DNA from: Candidatus Latescibacterota bacterium
GTDB lineage: Bacteria; Latescibacterota; UBA2968; UBA8231
Assembly (NCBI GenBank): GCA_965217585.1
Contig: OZ244561.1
Span: forward strand, 1,664,001 to 1,728,000
DNA length: 64,000 nucleotides
Reading direction: 5' to 3'
The notes beneath the pieces are model-generated. The model ran no database searches. It was given only the letters and a program-made list of their open reading frames with translations, and was not told the origin of the DNA. The position numbers and the translations under genes are program-made. This document shows, in pieces, positions 15,447 to 25,292 of this stretch; position 1 is the stretch's first letter; the number at the start of each line of letters is the position of its first letter.

Positions 15447-16409
15447 TTAGGCGTTCTGCAGAACTTGTAGCTGAAGTTCGAGGTTGCGCAACCCGGCTTC
15501 GCCGGATACGAGCGGAGCTCGTTTGGGCTGTATCGCCGCCTCAGCAAACTGGACGATGAGCAGCGACATAAAATCATCGCCGATTAGCTCTGATTCACCG
15601 GTGCTGAGCACCGAGCAATAAGTTCCATCGGGCGCAGACCGCCCCGTGCAATCGACCAAAAAGCCATTAACGCCGAATCGCCGCAGGGGTTGGCCCGCGT
15701 GCAGATCGCGGACGATGATTTCGCAACGACAACTTCCCGTCGAGTCGGCAAAACTGAAGCAGGCCCCCACTTCCCCGCTCCCGGACACCACCTGTAGCGA
15801 CGCAGGCTCAATGACCCCGTCGGGCATCCAAGCCAAGAGCATGCTCAAAGGATGGGGAGCCATATCAATCCACACCTCCGCGGCGCAGCGGCGACGCCCC
15901 CGGGCCAAGGTCTCCATTTCCGCGTAAAAGGATTCTATGGTAGCGAGCGAACCACGGGCCTTTTCGTATAGCTGCCGGTAGTACGGCAGCGCGGCAGTGT
16001 ATTGAGTACAAACACCCAAGTGCAGATTGGTTTGCCTCGCCAAATCAACCAAGACCCGCGCCTGCATCTGCGTCTGCTCCGCCCCATCCGAATGCCAGAC
16101 TAAGGGCTTTTCGCAGAGTACGTGACAACCCCGTTCAAGAGCGCATTTAACACTGTCGAAATGGGCCTCGTTCGGCAGACAGACATCGACCACATCGGGC
16201 GCTTCTTCGGTCAGCAGCTGGTCCAAGTCCCAATAGCCCTGGCCCGAAAAGGGAAAAATATCGCCTAGAACGCGCTCTGTAGCAGCGACACTTTCCCGAT
16301 TGCGGCCCAAAAAGCCAACGACTTGCGCACCGACGCGGTGGAACCACTTGGCGTGATGCTTGCCGATGCCGCTGGCACCGGCGATGGCGACGCGCAGGGC
16401 CCTTTCCAT
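15447..16409 (-). CDS. Gfo/Idh/MocA family oxidoreductase
   Basis: GASGIG Rossmann motif, HVLCEKP, DMAPH; start placed at ATG 16409 after SD GGAGGAGG. Confidence 0.85.
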   Translation of the reverse strand: MERALRVAIAGASGIGKHHAKWFHRVGAQVVGFLGRNRESVAATERVLGDIFPFSGQGYWDLDQLLTEEAPDVVDVCLPNEAHFDSVKCALERGCHVLCEKPLVWHSDGAEQTQMQARVLVDLARQTNLHLGVCTQYTAALPYYRQLYEKARGSLATIESFYAEMETLARGRRRCAAEVWIDMAPHPLSMLLAWMPDGVIEPASLQVVSGSGEVGACFSFADSTGSCRCEIIVRDLHAGQPLRRFGVNGFLVDCTGRSAPDGTYCSVLSTGESELIGDDFMSLLIVQFAEAAIQPKRAPLVSGEAGLRNLELQLQVLQNA

Positions 16410-16423
16410 TCCTCCTCCAATAC

Positions 16424-16454
16424 AAAAAGAGCCGACAGCCCATCTGTCGGCTCT
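16424..16454 (-). terminator. Intrinsic terminator after the small basic ORF
   Basis: GAGCCGACAG-ATGGG-CTGTCGGCTC followed by a T run. Confidence 0.85.
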
Positions 16455-16489
16455 CCCAAGCAAGGCCGATGGCCTCCAGCTTTAGCTGT

Positions 16490-16606
16490 TTACTTCTTCC
16501 GCGGTGACAGCTTGGCCTCCTGAGCGCGTTGCTTCAAGCGCTTTTTGCGCCGCTGTCGCCGACTCCTCAATTCCTTATCCCTCATTCTGCCTTTACTCGA
16601 ACCCAT
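16490..16606 (-). CDS. 38-aa highly basic small protein (MGSSKGRMRDKELRSRRQRRKKRLKQRAQEAKLSPRKK), DUF6800-like
   Basis: Translated by hand; SD AAGGA upstream and its own terminator downstream; below the ORF-track size cut-off. Family resemblance is from recall. Confidence 0.7.
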   Translation of the reverse strand: MGSSKGRMRDKELRSRRQRRKKRLKQRAQEAKLSPRKK

Positions 16607-16669
16607 CTGTGTATCCTTCCTAAGAATAAGAAGCGGTTGCCGGCAATATATCCGGTGGCACCACTGAGG

Positions 16670-17593
16670 TCAAGCGAGGATCATCCGCAAAAGGGCCATG
16701 CGCACGTAAAGCCCGTTGTGGGCTTGGCGAAAATAGGCCGCCCGCGGATCCGCGTCCACTTCCGGGTCAATCTCGTCGACGCGCGGCAGCGGGTGCATGA
16801 CAACCGCGTGTTCCTGCATACAGTCCATCACCGAGCGATTGACAATGTACTTGCCCCGCGCCTGCTCGTATTCTCCAGTACGGTCGCCAAAGCGCTCCTT
16901 TTGGATGCGCGTCTGATAGACGACATCGGCCTGCCTCGCCACCTCATGTAGGTCGTCCACCTCCTCGAAAGGGACCTGGTGCCGCTGCAAGTACTCCTTT
17001 ATGTCGTCCTTCATCCTCACCGTCTCAGGCGCGACGAAGTACATCTTAACGCCCTCGTATTTGGCCAACAGATAGCACAGCGAACGCACCGTCCGTCCAT
17101 TGGCCAGATCTCCCACCAGAGCAATTGTAATTTTTTTGAGGCGTCCGATCTCGCGCTGGATGGTAAAGAGGTCCAACAGAGCCTGGGTCGGGTGCTGCCC
17201 GGCCCCATCGCCGGCGTTGATCACCGGGATGCCAGCGACAGCAGCAGCTCGATTGCTAGCTCCGCTTTCGTAGTGGCGCAACACGATTACGTCCGAGTAC
17301 CCGGCGACGACGCGAATGGTATCCTCAAGGGTCTCCCCCTTGGCCGCCGAAGAAAATTCCTGTGCGCTCTCGGTTGTAATCACCGTCCCACCCAACCGCG
17401 TCATCGCCGATTCAAAGGACAACCGCGTGCGCGTACTAGGCTCGTAGAACAGCGTCGCCATGACCCGGCGATTGAGGATATTGGATCCGTAGTGCTGCAC
17501 TACTTGCTCCATCTCTTGAGCCGTGGAGAAAATGGCGTCTATCAAGTCTAGGTCGAATTGCTGAGCTTCGAGGACGTGATAAAGGCGATCCAT
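16670..17593 (-). CDS. pyrB: Aspartate carbamoyltransferase catalytic subunit
   Basis: FYEPSTRTRLSF, INAGDG.GQHPTQ, YQTRIQKERF, MHPLPR. Confidence 0.96.
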   Translation of the reverse strand: MDRLYHVLEAQQFDLDLIDAIFSTAQEMEQVVQHYGSNILNRRVMATLFYEPSTRTRLSFESAMTRLGGTVITTESAQEFSSAAKGETLEDTIRVVAGYSDVIVLRHYESGASNRAAAVAGIPVINAGDGAGQHPTQALLDLFTIQREIGRLKKITIALVGDLANGRTVRSLCYLLAKYEGVKMYFVAPETVRMKDDIKEYLQRHQVPFEEVDDLHEVARQADVVYQTRIQKERFGDRTGEYEQARGKYIVNRSVMDCMQEHAVVMHPLPRVDEIDPEVDADPRAAYFRQAHNGLYVRMALLRMILA

Positions 17594-17603
17594 CAGGTGT
17601 ACC

Positions 17604-18041
17604 TCAACTGCCTTCCCGCTCCCCCAATACCGCCATAATCTCCGCCTCTGCGGCCACTTCCTCCCCTACTAGTGCTCGCCCCTGCAACTTACAAGACCCG
17701 CCCCGCTGCCTGAGCACCTTTAGCTCCAGCCGCAGTTGGTCCCCCGGCACTACCGGGCGGCGAAATTTGCAGCGATCAATCCCGGCGAAAAAAGGCACCT
17801 TGGATTCGGGATTTTCCACGCCGTGCAGCATCATCGCGCAACCCGCTTGCGCCAGTGCCTCGACGATCAGTACTCCGGGCATGACCGGATAACCGGGAAA
17901 ATGCCCTTGGAAAAACGATTCGTTGGCCGTCACATTTTTCAAGGCCACGACGCGTTCCCCAGGCACCAATTCGAGGATGCGGTCGATGAGCAACAGCGGA
18001 TAGCGATGTGGCAGTAGGTCGAGAATCTCCGTTAGGTTCAC
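17604..18041 (-). CDS. fabZ: 3-hydroxyacyl-ACP dehydratase
   Basis: LPHRYPLLLIDR, FFQGHFP..PVMPGVLIVEALAQ, FRRPVVPGD. Confidence 0.95.
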   Translation of the reverse strand: MNLTEILDLLPHRYPLLLIDRILELVPGERVVALKNVTANESFFQGHFPGYPVMPGVLIVEALAQAGCAMMLHGVENPESKVPFFAGIDRCKFRRPVVPGDQLRLELKVLRQRGGSCKLQGRALVGEEVAAEAEIMAVLGEREGS

Positions 18042-18574
18042 TCCTCTGCCTCTTCCTTTTCCTTCTCCATCAGTTCCAGTAGCTGCTCGGTCAGATCGTA
18101 CGCCTCCTTGGCGAACACTAGCCCGCTCGAAGGCGCGGCGGCGTCGAAAATGAAGTCGTAGCCCTCTTCCTCGGCCATGCCCTGAATGGCATCGTTGATC
18201 TTTTTAAAGATCGGCTCGGACAACTCGATATTCTTGCGCATCAACTCGCCTTCGGGGCCGAATTTCTCTTGGGTAAATTGTCGGAGTTGCTGCACTTTGG
18301 TCTCAAACTCGGCCTGTAGTTCCGCCTTTTTCGCCTCGCTCAACAGCAACTCCTGCCGACGAAAATCCTCTTCCAGCTTAAGCAGCTTGGCCTCGCGGTC
18401 CTTGGCCTGGTTCTCGTAATCCTGGCGCAGCTGGTCCAACGTGCGCTGCGCATCCCGGAATTCAGGTAGGCGCTCTTTGAGCACTTCTGAATCGATATAA
18501 CCTACTTTTAGTTGAGCCGAAGCACTAGTGACGCAACAGGCCACGACGAGGGCGAACAATAGGGCGCGTTTCAT
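18038..18574 (-). CDS. skp: OmpH/Skp periplasmic chaperone
   Basis: Signal peptide, LKVGYID, coiled coil, GYDFIFD...DLT; downstream of bamA. Confidence 0.88.
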   Translation of the reverse strand: MKRALLFALVVACCVTSASAQLKVGYIDSEVLKERLPEFRDAQRTLDQLRQDYENQAKDREAKLLKLEEDFRRQELLLSEAKKAELQAEFETKVQQLRQFTQEKFGPEGELMRKNIELSEPIFKKINDAIQGMAEEEGYDFIFDAAAPSSGLVFAKEAYDLTEQLLELMEKEKEEAEE

Positions 18575-18669
18575 ACGTACTCCTCTTTATGGACGAAAAT
18601 CAATTGGATTGAGGTTGCTTTCATTTTTAATTCAACTGCGCTACTCTCGCTGCAACGGGTGTCAGACAA

Positions 18670-18972
18670 CTATTTGATCTGCATCTTGATCTTGGATCGC
18701 TTGCGCCGCGACAAGGAGAGCCCGCCGAAACCGCTGATAACGGCAATGTAAAACCCAGCATCGTACCACCAGCCGGTGTTTTGCGTTTCATAGAGGCGGA
18801 TAGCCGAGTCAAACAGGCCCCAGATGAGCGATATGGGAGCAATCCAACCGTGCCATATTCCCCAGAAAAACCCGGCGGGATTCACCTCGGTGTGTTTCCC
18901 GTCGCCAGGGACACACCCGGCAAGAGAAATCAGAACGATTAAGACAAGTATGCAGATCAACTGTTTGGCCAT
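18670..18972 (-). CDS. Small membrane lipoprotein, hypothetical
   Basis: Lipobox LAGC and conserved-looking PAGFFWGIWHGWIAP...IYE..NTGWWYD.GF-type segments. Confidence 0.75.
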   Translation of the reverse strand: MAKQLICILVLIVLISLAGCVPGDGKHTEVNPAGFFWGIWHGWIAPISLIWGLFDSAIRLYETQNTGWWYDAGFYIAVISGFGGLSLSRRKRSKIKMQIK

Positions 18973-18995
18973 AGCAAATCTCTCGTCGACCCGTT

Positions 18996-19168
18996 CTTCT
19001 GTATAACCCGCTGTTTTCTCTTACCCCAAGTAGGTGTATAATACCGATTTGACTTTTTAGTGTCCTAATTACCCTCTTCTCTTGGGGGAGACTTATTAGG
19101 ACAGACGATTAGCAAAACGGTATAAGATACTACTTGGCATAAATTTGTGAAACAGCGGACATAAGAAG
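18996..19168. repeat. Long imperfect palindrome (possible ncRNA or decayed MITE)
   Basis: Nested arms 19008-17/19149-58, 19026-33/19130-37, 19041-46/19118-23, 19061-69/19095-103 and 19074-79/19085-90. Confidence 0.6.
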
Positions 19169-19196
19169 GCCCAAGATGCCAGACGACATCTTGGGC
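19169..19196. terminator. Hairpin after bamA, possibly a bidirectional terminator
   Basis: GCCCAAGATG-8nt-CATCTTGGGC with T-rich tails on both strands. Confidence 0.65.
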
Positions 19197-19223
19197 TTCG
19201 TCTTTTGCCCCTGCGATCGGGAA

Positions 19224-21629
19224 CTAGTAAAACTGCGGTCCAAACTGGAAGTGAGTCTTCCAGCCAGCCGGCGCGCCATCGACTTTCTCGCGGTCAAAAC
19301 CATAGCCGAAGTCGAAGCCGATCATCCCCAGCATCGGCGTCTGGACGCGAAAACCAAAGCCCAGCGAGCGCCTGAGCTTCAAGGGATTGAGTTCGGGAAT
19401 CATCCTCCAAGCGTTGCCCGCATCTGCAAAGAGGATGCCGTACACTTGTTGCTCGGCTATCGGAAAGCGGTACTCTAGATTCAACACCATCATCGAGCGG
19501 CCGCCGAGAGGAATCCCGCTGGCCTCGTCCTTTGGGCCCAAAGAGTAATCCGGATAGCCCCGGACCTGTCCGTCCCAGTAATCAATACCGCCCGGAGTAA
19601 ACAGGTCATAATACGAAATGTGGTTGTCGTCCCAGTCGGAAAAACCATCTATAACCGCGACTTTGGTCTCCAAACTCCAGACGAACTTCCACCAACTCGG
19701 CCGGTAGTAGTTGAAATTCACTTCGTGGTTGTGGAAGTCCACATCGCCAGCAACGATCGAGGAGGCGACCGATGGAGTGTAGCTAAAGAGCGTGCCCTTG
19801 GTCGGGAACTCGGCCCGGTCGCGCGTATCGCGCGTATAGATCAACTCAAAGCGGCTCGTAAGCCGATCTTGGTATCTGGGATCGCTTGCCAATGGAGCGT
19901 TGCCGTCTGCAAAGTCAGAATAGCCTTGGCTATAAAGGCGATAACCCAACGAAAGGCTGGAATTGGCCGGTTTCTTCAACCGCCGGCCCACGCGCACATT
20001 GATCGACTTGCGATTGGATTTCCAGAGGATCGAATTGCTATTGTTTAGCCGATAGTCGGCTCGCCGGTAGTCGTAGTACTGGATGTTTTGCGTATAAGCG
20101 CGCGCCGACAAACTAGTCGGGGTGTCGAAGAGCCAAGGCTCGGTAAAACCGACTAGGAACTGCTCGCGTCGGGTGCCAAACTCCCAGTTAAAGTCTAGAC
20201 TCTGGCCCATCCCGCGGAAGTTGGGAATCTGCAATCCGAGCTGGCCCACCATCTTGTCGCGGTCTGAATACCCCGCCCCCATAGACGCTTGCCCGGTCTG
20301 CCGCTCATCGACGTTAAATACCATATCCACCAGCCGCTCGCCTTCGCCTGTGCTATACTGAGGCTGGATTTGCACATCCTTGAAGAAGTTCAACAGATGT
20401 ATGCGCCGCTGACTTTCTTGGACGAGATTCTGCTGATAAATATCGCCCGGACGCAATTCGATCTCGCGCCGGATCACCTTCTCCCGCGTCTTGGTGTTGC
20501 CGGCGATTTCGACCTTGCGGATCGTCCACGGCTGCCCCTCAAATACCTGAAACGACACGTCAATCGAGTCGTTGCGAATCGTCTCCTGCGGCACTACGCG
20601 CGTGTCCAAGTAGCCCTTCTCGTAATAGACAAAGCGCGCCAAATCGGCCAACTCTGGCCCCGAGCGCCCATATACCATCCCCTCCTGCAACTCCAGCTTC
20701 CCCACTAACTCGTCGGTGCCGAAGAGCGAGTTGCCCTCCCAAGCGACTTGGCCCAACCGGTACTGTAGCCCCTCGTCGATTTCCACATCGATGAACAAGT
20801 GCCGCCGCGTCGAGTCGTAATAGACGCTGTCGCGCACTATGGCTGCCTGCTGGAAGCCCAAGCTGCGATAGTACGCCAGCAGCCTCTGCTTGTCCTCCTC
20901 ATACGTATCGCCGTTGAACTCGCTCTTGCGCCACCAGCGCTTCTCCTTGGTCTCCATCAGCGACACCAACCGGCGCGGCTCTGGGCCTTGGCTATCCCAT
21001 TTTTGCGGACGCCGTGGACTCCGCGCTGGCAACTCTCGGCTGTCGATCACCGTGCCGTCGGCGCGGTGCTGGACCAAGCGGATCTGCTTGATCTGCACCT
21101 TGGAGCCCTCGTTGATGTCGTATTGGAGGAATACCTCGCCCTCTTCCGCGCCGGCAAAGGTCTGGCCCTTGACCTCGGCGCGCAGATAGCCCTTCTCCCG
21201 ATAGAGGTCGAGGATTTTCTGCTCGCCCCGCACCACATCCCTCGGCGCGATAACCTGACCGGTGACCAAGCTCAGCGCTTCTTTGAAGTCCTTCTCTTTG
21301 AGGTTTTTCTGCCCCTTGAACTGCAAACCCTCTAAGGCCGGGTATTCTTCAACCATGATGATCAGGTTGATTCCCTCGGGGACGGGATCGCCCCATATCT
21401 GGATATCCTCAAAGACGTTGAGCCCTTGGAGATCGCGCACCGCCTGCTGCACGTTCTCTTGCGACAGCTCAACTCCAGGCTCCAAGCCCACTGTGGTCAA
21501 GATCAACGACTTGGCCACCTTGCGCAGCGCACCCTGCACCTCGATCGAGACAACCTTCTGGGCCTCGACCGCGCTCCCCATCAACCCCACAGAGACAACT
21601 GCAAAAAGTATAGTGCGGAAAATTTTCAT
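19224..21629 (-). CDS. bamA: Outer membrane protein assembly factor BamA
   Basis: POTRA repeats (GNTKTREKVIRRE), VRGY motif, terminal HFQFG beta strand. Confidence 0.93.
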   Translation of the reverse strand: MKIFRTILFAVVSVGLMGSAVEAQKVVSIEVQGALRKVAKSLILTTVGLEPGVELSQENVQQAVRDLQGLNVFEDIQIWGDPVPEGINLIIMVEEYPALEGLQFKGQKNLKEKDFKEALSLVTGQVIAPRDVVRGEQKILDLYREKGYLRAEVKGQTFAGAEEGEVFLQYDINEGSKVQIKQIRLVQHRADGTVIDSRELPARSPRRPQKWDSQGPEPRRLVSLMETKEKRWWRKSEFNGDTYEEDKQRLLAYYRSLGFQQAAIVRDSVYYDSTRRHLFIDVEIDEGLQYRLGQVAWEGNSLFGTDELVGKLELQEGMVYGRSGPELADLARFVYYEKGYLDTRVVPQETIRNDSIDVSFQVFEGQPWTIRKVEIAGNTKTREKVIRREIELRPGDIYQQNLVQESQRRIHLLNFFKDVQIQPQYSTGEGERLVDMVFNVDERQTGQASMGAGYSDRDKMVGQLGLQIPNFRGMGQSLDFNWEFGTRREQFLVGFTEPWLFDTPTSLSARAYTQNIQYYDYRRADYRLNNSNSILWKSNRKSINVRVGRRLKKPANSSLSLGYRLYSQGYSDFADGNAPLASDPRYQDRLTSRFELIYTRDTRDRAEFPTKGTLFSYTPSVASSIVAGDVDFHNHEVNFNYYRPSWWKFVWSLETKVAVIDGFSDWDDNHISYYDLFTPGGIDYWDGQVRGYPDYSLGPKDEASGIPLGGRSMMVLNLEYRFPIAEQQVYGILFADAGNAWRMIPELNPLKLRRSLGFGFRVQTPMLGMIGFDFGYGFDREKVDGAPAGWKTHFQFGPQFY

Positions 21630-21630
21630 A

Positions 21631-24099
21631 TCAGTTCGTGGTCGCGCGCTTCTTCTTCACCTCTTCGCCCGCACCCTCTCGACGCTCCTCGTCGAAAACT
21701 AGTTCCTCGCCCTTTTTGGTGACGCGAATGCGACTGCCCTCGCCAAAGCGGCCCTGGAGAATCTCCTCGGCCAGCGGATCTTCGAGCATCTTCTGGATGG
21801 CCCGCTCCAAATAGCGCGCTCCATACGCCTGATCAAAACCCTTGTCGGCGAGCAACGTTTTGGCTCCGGGCGTAACTCGCACTTGGATGTCCTGTAGTGC
21901 CAAACGCGCTTTGAATTCCTCCAAGCGAATATCTATGATGGCGGCGATGTGCTCTTTGTCGAGCGCGTGGAAAATGATGGTGTTGTCAACGCGATTGAGG
22001 AATTCGGGGTTGAAGGTCCTTTTCAAGGCGTCGTTGATCTTGCCCTCCATCAGCGCGTACATCGAGTCGGAATCGGACTTCTGAAAGCCCAATACACCGC
22101 CCGTGCCCACATCCCGACTACCCGCGTTAGAGGTCATAATCAGCACGGTGTTGCAGAAATCTACTTTGCGGCCCGTGCTATCGGTAAGGCGCCCCTCGTC
22201 GAGAATCTGCAACAGGATGTTGAAGACATCGGGATGGGCTTTCTCGACCTCGTCTAGCAGAACCACTGAATAAGGACGGCGGCGAACCCGCTCGGTTAGC
22301 TGCCCTCCCTCGTCAAAACCCACGTAGCCCGGAGGTGCGCCAATCAGGCGCGACACCGCGAATTTCTCCATGTACTCAGACATATCGACCGCAATCAACG
22401 CATCGGCGTCGTCGAAGAGGAATTCGGCTAGCCGCTTGGCCAACTCGGTCTTGCCCACGCCCGTCGGGCCGAGAAAGATAAACGAACCGATGGGCCGCTT
22501 GGGATCCTGTAGGCCCGCGCGACTGCGTCGGATAGCCCGCGCAATCGCGGTGACCGCCTGCTTTTGACCGACGATTTTTTTTGTGAGCGCGTCTTCCATG
22601 GCCAGCAGGCGCTCGGTCTCGGTCTTGGCCAGCCGCGAGATCGGGATGCCGGTCATACTGGCGATGACCTCGGCGATGTCGTCTGTCGTCACTTCGACTA
22701 CTTCGTCGCGGACCGCTTCCTCCCAGGCTTGGCGTTTGTTTTGTAGCTGTTCATTCAAATGGAACGCCTTGTCGCGTAGCACGGCGGCGTCCTCGAAATC
22801 TTGGCGCTCGGACGCTTCATTTTTTTGGCGGTTGATCTCCTGTATCTCGGCCTCAATTCGACCGATCTCTTCCGGCGGACTAAGCCGAGCTAGATGTACG
22901 CGCGAGCCCGTCTCGTCAATCACGTCAATGGCCTTGTCGGGCAAGTAGCGGTCGCTTATGTAGCGGTCGGCTTGGCGCACCGCATAGGCAACGACATCGT
23001 CGGCAAACTCCACGTGATGGTGGCTCTCGTAGCTGGAGCGCAGCCCCTTGACGATCTCAACGGTGTCCTCGACCGAGGGTGGATCAACCATGATGCTCTG
23101 AAAGCGCCGCTCGAGGGCCCCGTCCTTTTCGATGTGCTTGCGATATTCGTCGAGGGTGGTGGCCCCGATGCACTGCAATTCGCCGCGCGCCAAAGCGGGC
23201 TTGAACATATTGGAAGCATCCAACGTGCCCTCGGCACTGCCGGCACCGACAATGGTGTGCAACTCGTCGATGAAAATGATGACTTCGGAGTTTTGCTGGA
23301 GCTCGTTCATCACCGCCTTGATGCGCTCTTCAAACTGGCCCCGGTATTTGGTGCCGGCGACCACTCCGCCCATGTCGAGGGTGACCAAGCGTTTGTCGAG
23401 GAGGATCTGCGGCACGCGCTTTTCAATGATGCGCTGGGCCAGCCCTTCGACAATGGCCGTCTTGCCGACGCCCGGGTCGCCAATGAGGACGGGATTGTTC
23501 TTCTTGCGGCGGCTGAGCACTTGCGTGACGCGCTCAATCTCCTTCTGGCGACCGATCACTGGGTCTAGCTTGCCCTCGCGCGCCAACTGGGTCAGGTCGC
23601 GGCCAAAGTGGTCGAGGAAGGGCGTCTTGCTTTTCTTGCCCTTTTCCTTGCGTCCAGTGGTCTTGCCTTCGAGCACGGCCAAGGTCTCTTCCATGGCTGC
23701 TTTGTAATCGACCCCAAAGGCGGCCAAAATCTGCGCAGCAACCCCCTCCTTGTCCTTGAGCAGAGCCAAGAGCAGGTGTTCGACGTCGACGAACTGCGTT
23801 TTCATCTCCTTGGCCTCATTGACCGCCACTTCAAGGATCTTTTTAGCGCGGGGGGTGTAGGGCACCTCGCCGATAGTCATGGTGCCGCCCGAGGTCGTCA
23901 CGTAGTCTTCCACCGACTGTTTGACCGTCTCCAAGCTCAACCCCAAGTTCGTCAGCACGGCCACGGCCTTGCTCTTGCCATCCTTGATAATGCCCAACAG
24001 CAGATGCTCGGTGCCGACGTAATTGTGGCCTAAGCGCGCTGACTCCTCACGCGCTAGCTTCACTATCTGTCTTAGGTTTTCGGTGAACATGTTGTCCAT
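21631..24099 (-). CDS. clpC: ATP-dependent Clp protease ATP-binding subunit ClpC
   Basis: Clp-N repeats, two AAA+ modules ([16 protein letters not shown]), UVR middle domain, LGF loop. Confidence 0.95.
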   Translation of the reverse strand: MDNMFTENLRQIVKLAREESARLGHNYVGTEHLLLGIIKDGKSKAVAVLTNLGLSLETVKQSVEDYVTTSGGTMTIGEVPYTPRAKKILEVAVNEAKEMKTQFVDVEHLLLALLKDKEGVAAQILAAFGVDYKAAMEETLAVLEGKTTGRKEKGKKSKTPFLDHFGRDLTQLAREGKLDPVIGRQKEIERVTQVLSRRKKNNPVLIGDPGVGKTAIVEGLAQRIIEKRVPQILLDKRLVTLDMGGVVAGTKYRGQFEERIKAVMNELQQNSEVIIFIDELHTIVGAGSAEGTLDASNMFKPALARGELQCIGATTLDEYRKHIEKDGALERRFQSIMVDPPSVEDTVEIVKGLRSSYESHHHVEFADDVVAYAVRQADRYISDRYLPDKAIDVIDETGSRVHLARLSPPEEIGRIEAEIQEINRQKNEASERQDFEDAAVLRDKAFHLNEQLQNKRQAWEEAVRDEVVEVTTDDIAEVIASMTGIPISRLAKTETERLLAMEDALTKKIVGQKQAVTAIARAIRRSRAGLQDPKRPIGSFIFLGPTGVGKTELAKRLAEFLFDDADALIAVDMSEYMEKFAVSRLIGAPPGYVGFDEGGQLTERVRRRPYSVVLLDEVEKAHPDVFNILLQILDEGRLTDSTGRKVDFCNTVLIMTSNAGSRDVGTGGVLGFQKSDSDSMYALMEGKINDALKRTFNPEFLNRVDNTIIFHALDKEHIAAIIDIRLEEFKARLALQDIQVRVTPGAKTLLADKGFDQAYGARYLERAIQKMLEDPLAEEILQGRFGEGSRIRVTKKGEELVFDEERREGAGEEVKKKRATTN

Positions 24100-24200
24100 C
24101 TAGTCGTCCTCCACAATCCGCCTATGTAAGTAAGGAAGCTTGATTCTCGACAATTCGGAGAGCGTGAATTGAATATCGAGCATTAAAAATCTCGATTTTG

Positions 24201-24229
24201 AACCTACCAAAAGGGCAGATTGTTGTCAA
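24201..24229 (-). promoter_or_regulatory. Possible internal sigma70 promoter for clpC
   Basis: TTGACA (overlapping the mcsB stop), 17-nt spacer, TAGGTT. Confidence 0.45.
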
Positions 24230-25290
24230 GATGCCCCCCCCTGTTCGGCCCAGCACCGCCTCACTAGTTCGGCGCGGCGCACATCGCGGTCTGCCGACGA
24301 GAGATCCGCTCGGGCTTCGGCCTGCAAATGCGAGGGCTGGGTAACGATCATTAGCTGGTTAATAAAGCCGCGAGGCAAGCCGTCGATCATCCCCAAACTA
24401 CATCCTAAACGCACCGCCGATAGCAAGTTCATAAACTCCTGACCGCTCAACACCCGCGCGTGTTGCAAAATCCCATAAGCCCGCCAAACCTTGTCCTCCA
24501 CTTGCGCCGGTGCGTCTGCCAGCAGGGCGGCCTGCGCCTCCTTTTCGTGGCCCATAATCTGTTGGGTCACCTCGGAGAGCTTCTCGACGATCTCCCCTTC
24601 AGCTACGCCTATGGTGGCTTGGTTGGATATCTGAAACAGGTTGCCGACCGCATTGGTGCCTTCTCCGTAGAAACCGCGCACCGCGAAAGCCATCCAGGCC
24701 AAACCGCGCATCACCCGCTCCATATCCTTGGTCAGGACTAAGGCCGGCAGATGGATGAGCACCGATATCCGCAAGCCCGTCCCCGTATTGGTCGGGCAGG
24801 CTGTCAAGAAGCCCCAGCGCTCCGATTGCGCCCAATCCAATTCGCTCCTGAGCGCGTCGTCGAGCGCATCAACCCGCTGCCACGCCGCGTGCGTTTGCAA
24901 ACCCGGGAGGATGGCCTGTAAGCGGAGGTGATCCTCCTCGTTGATCATCACGCTGAGCGACTCGTCCGCATTGAAGAGCACGCCGCGCTGGCCCTTGCTT
25001 TTGGCGAGAGCCGGGCTAATCAGGTGGCGCTCCACCAGCAACTGGCGCTGGTTGGCTTGTAGGGCGTTCATTTGGAAAAAGGCCGCATCGCGCATCGGGC
25101 GGCACTTTTGGGCGGCACTCAGGACCTGTTCAATGATTTTCTCTTGGTCTTCGAGCGTGGTCTTCGGCGCAAAGGGCCGCGCTGCGAGATTGCGGGCCAA
25201 GCGGGCGCGGCAACTAACGACCATGCCGTCGGCATCCCCTTCCCCGCTGAGCCAGCTAGCCGCATTGTAAACGAGGTCCTCAATATTCAC
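24226..25290 (-). CDS. mcsB: Protein arginine kinase McsB
   Basis: RARLARN, LVERHLISP, MINEEDHLR, GFLTACPTNTGTGLR, FQISNQ. Confidence 0.93.
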   Translation of the reverse strand: MNIEDLVYNAASWLSGEGDADGMVVSCRARLARNLAARPFAPKTTLEDQEKIIEQVLSAAQKCRPMRDAAFFQMNALQANQRQLLVERHLISPALAKSKGQRGVLFNADESLSVMINEEDHLRLQAILPGLQTHAAWQRVDALDDALRSELDWAQSERWGFLTACPTNTGTGLRISVLIHLPALVLTKDMERVMRGLAWMAFAVRGFYGEGTNAVGNLFQISNQATIGVAEGEIVEKLSEVTQQIMGHEKEAQAALLADAPAQVEDKVWRAYGILQHARVLSGQEFMNLLSAVRLGCSLGMIDGLPRGFINQLMIVTQPSHLQAEARADLSSADRDVRRAELVRRCWAEQGGAS

Positions 25291-25292
25291 GG

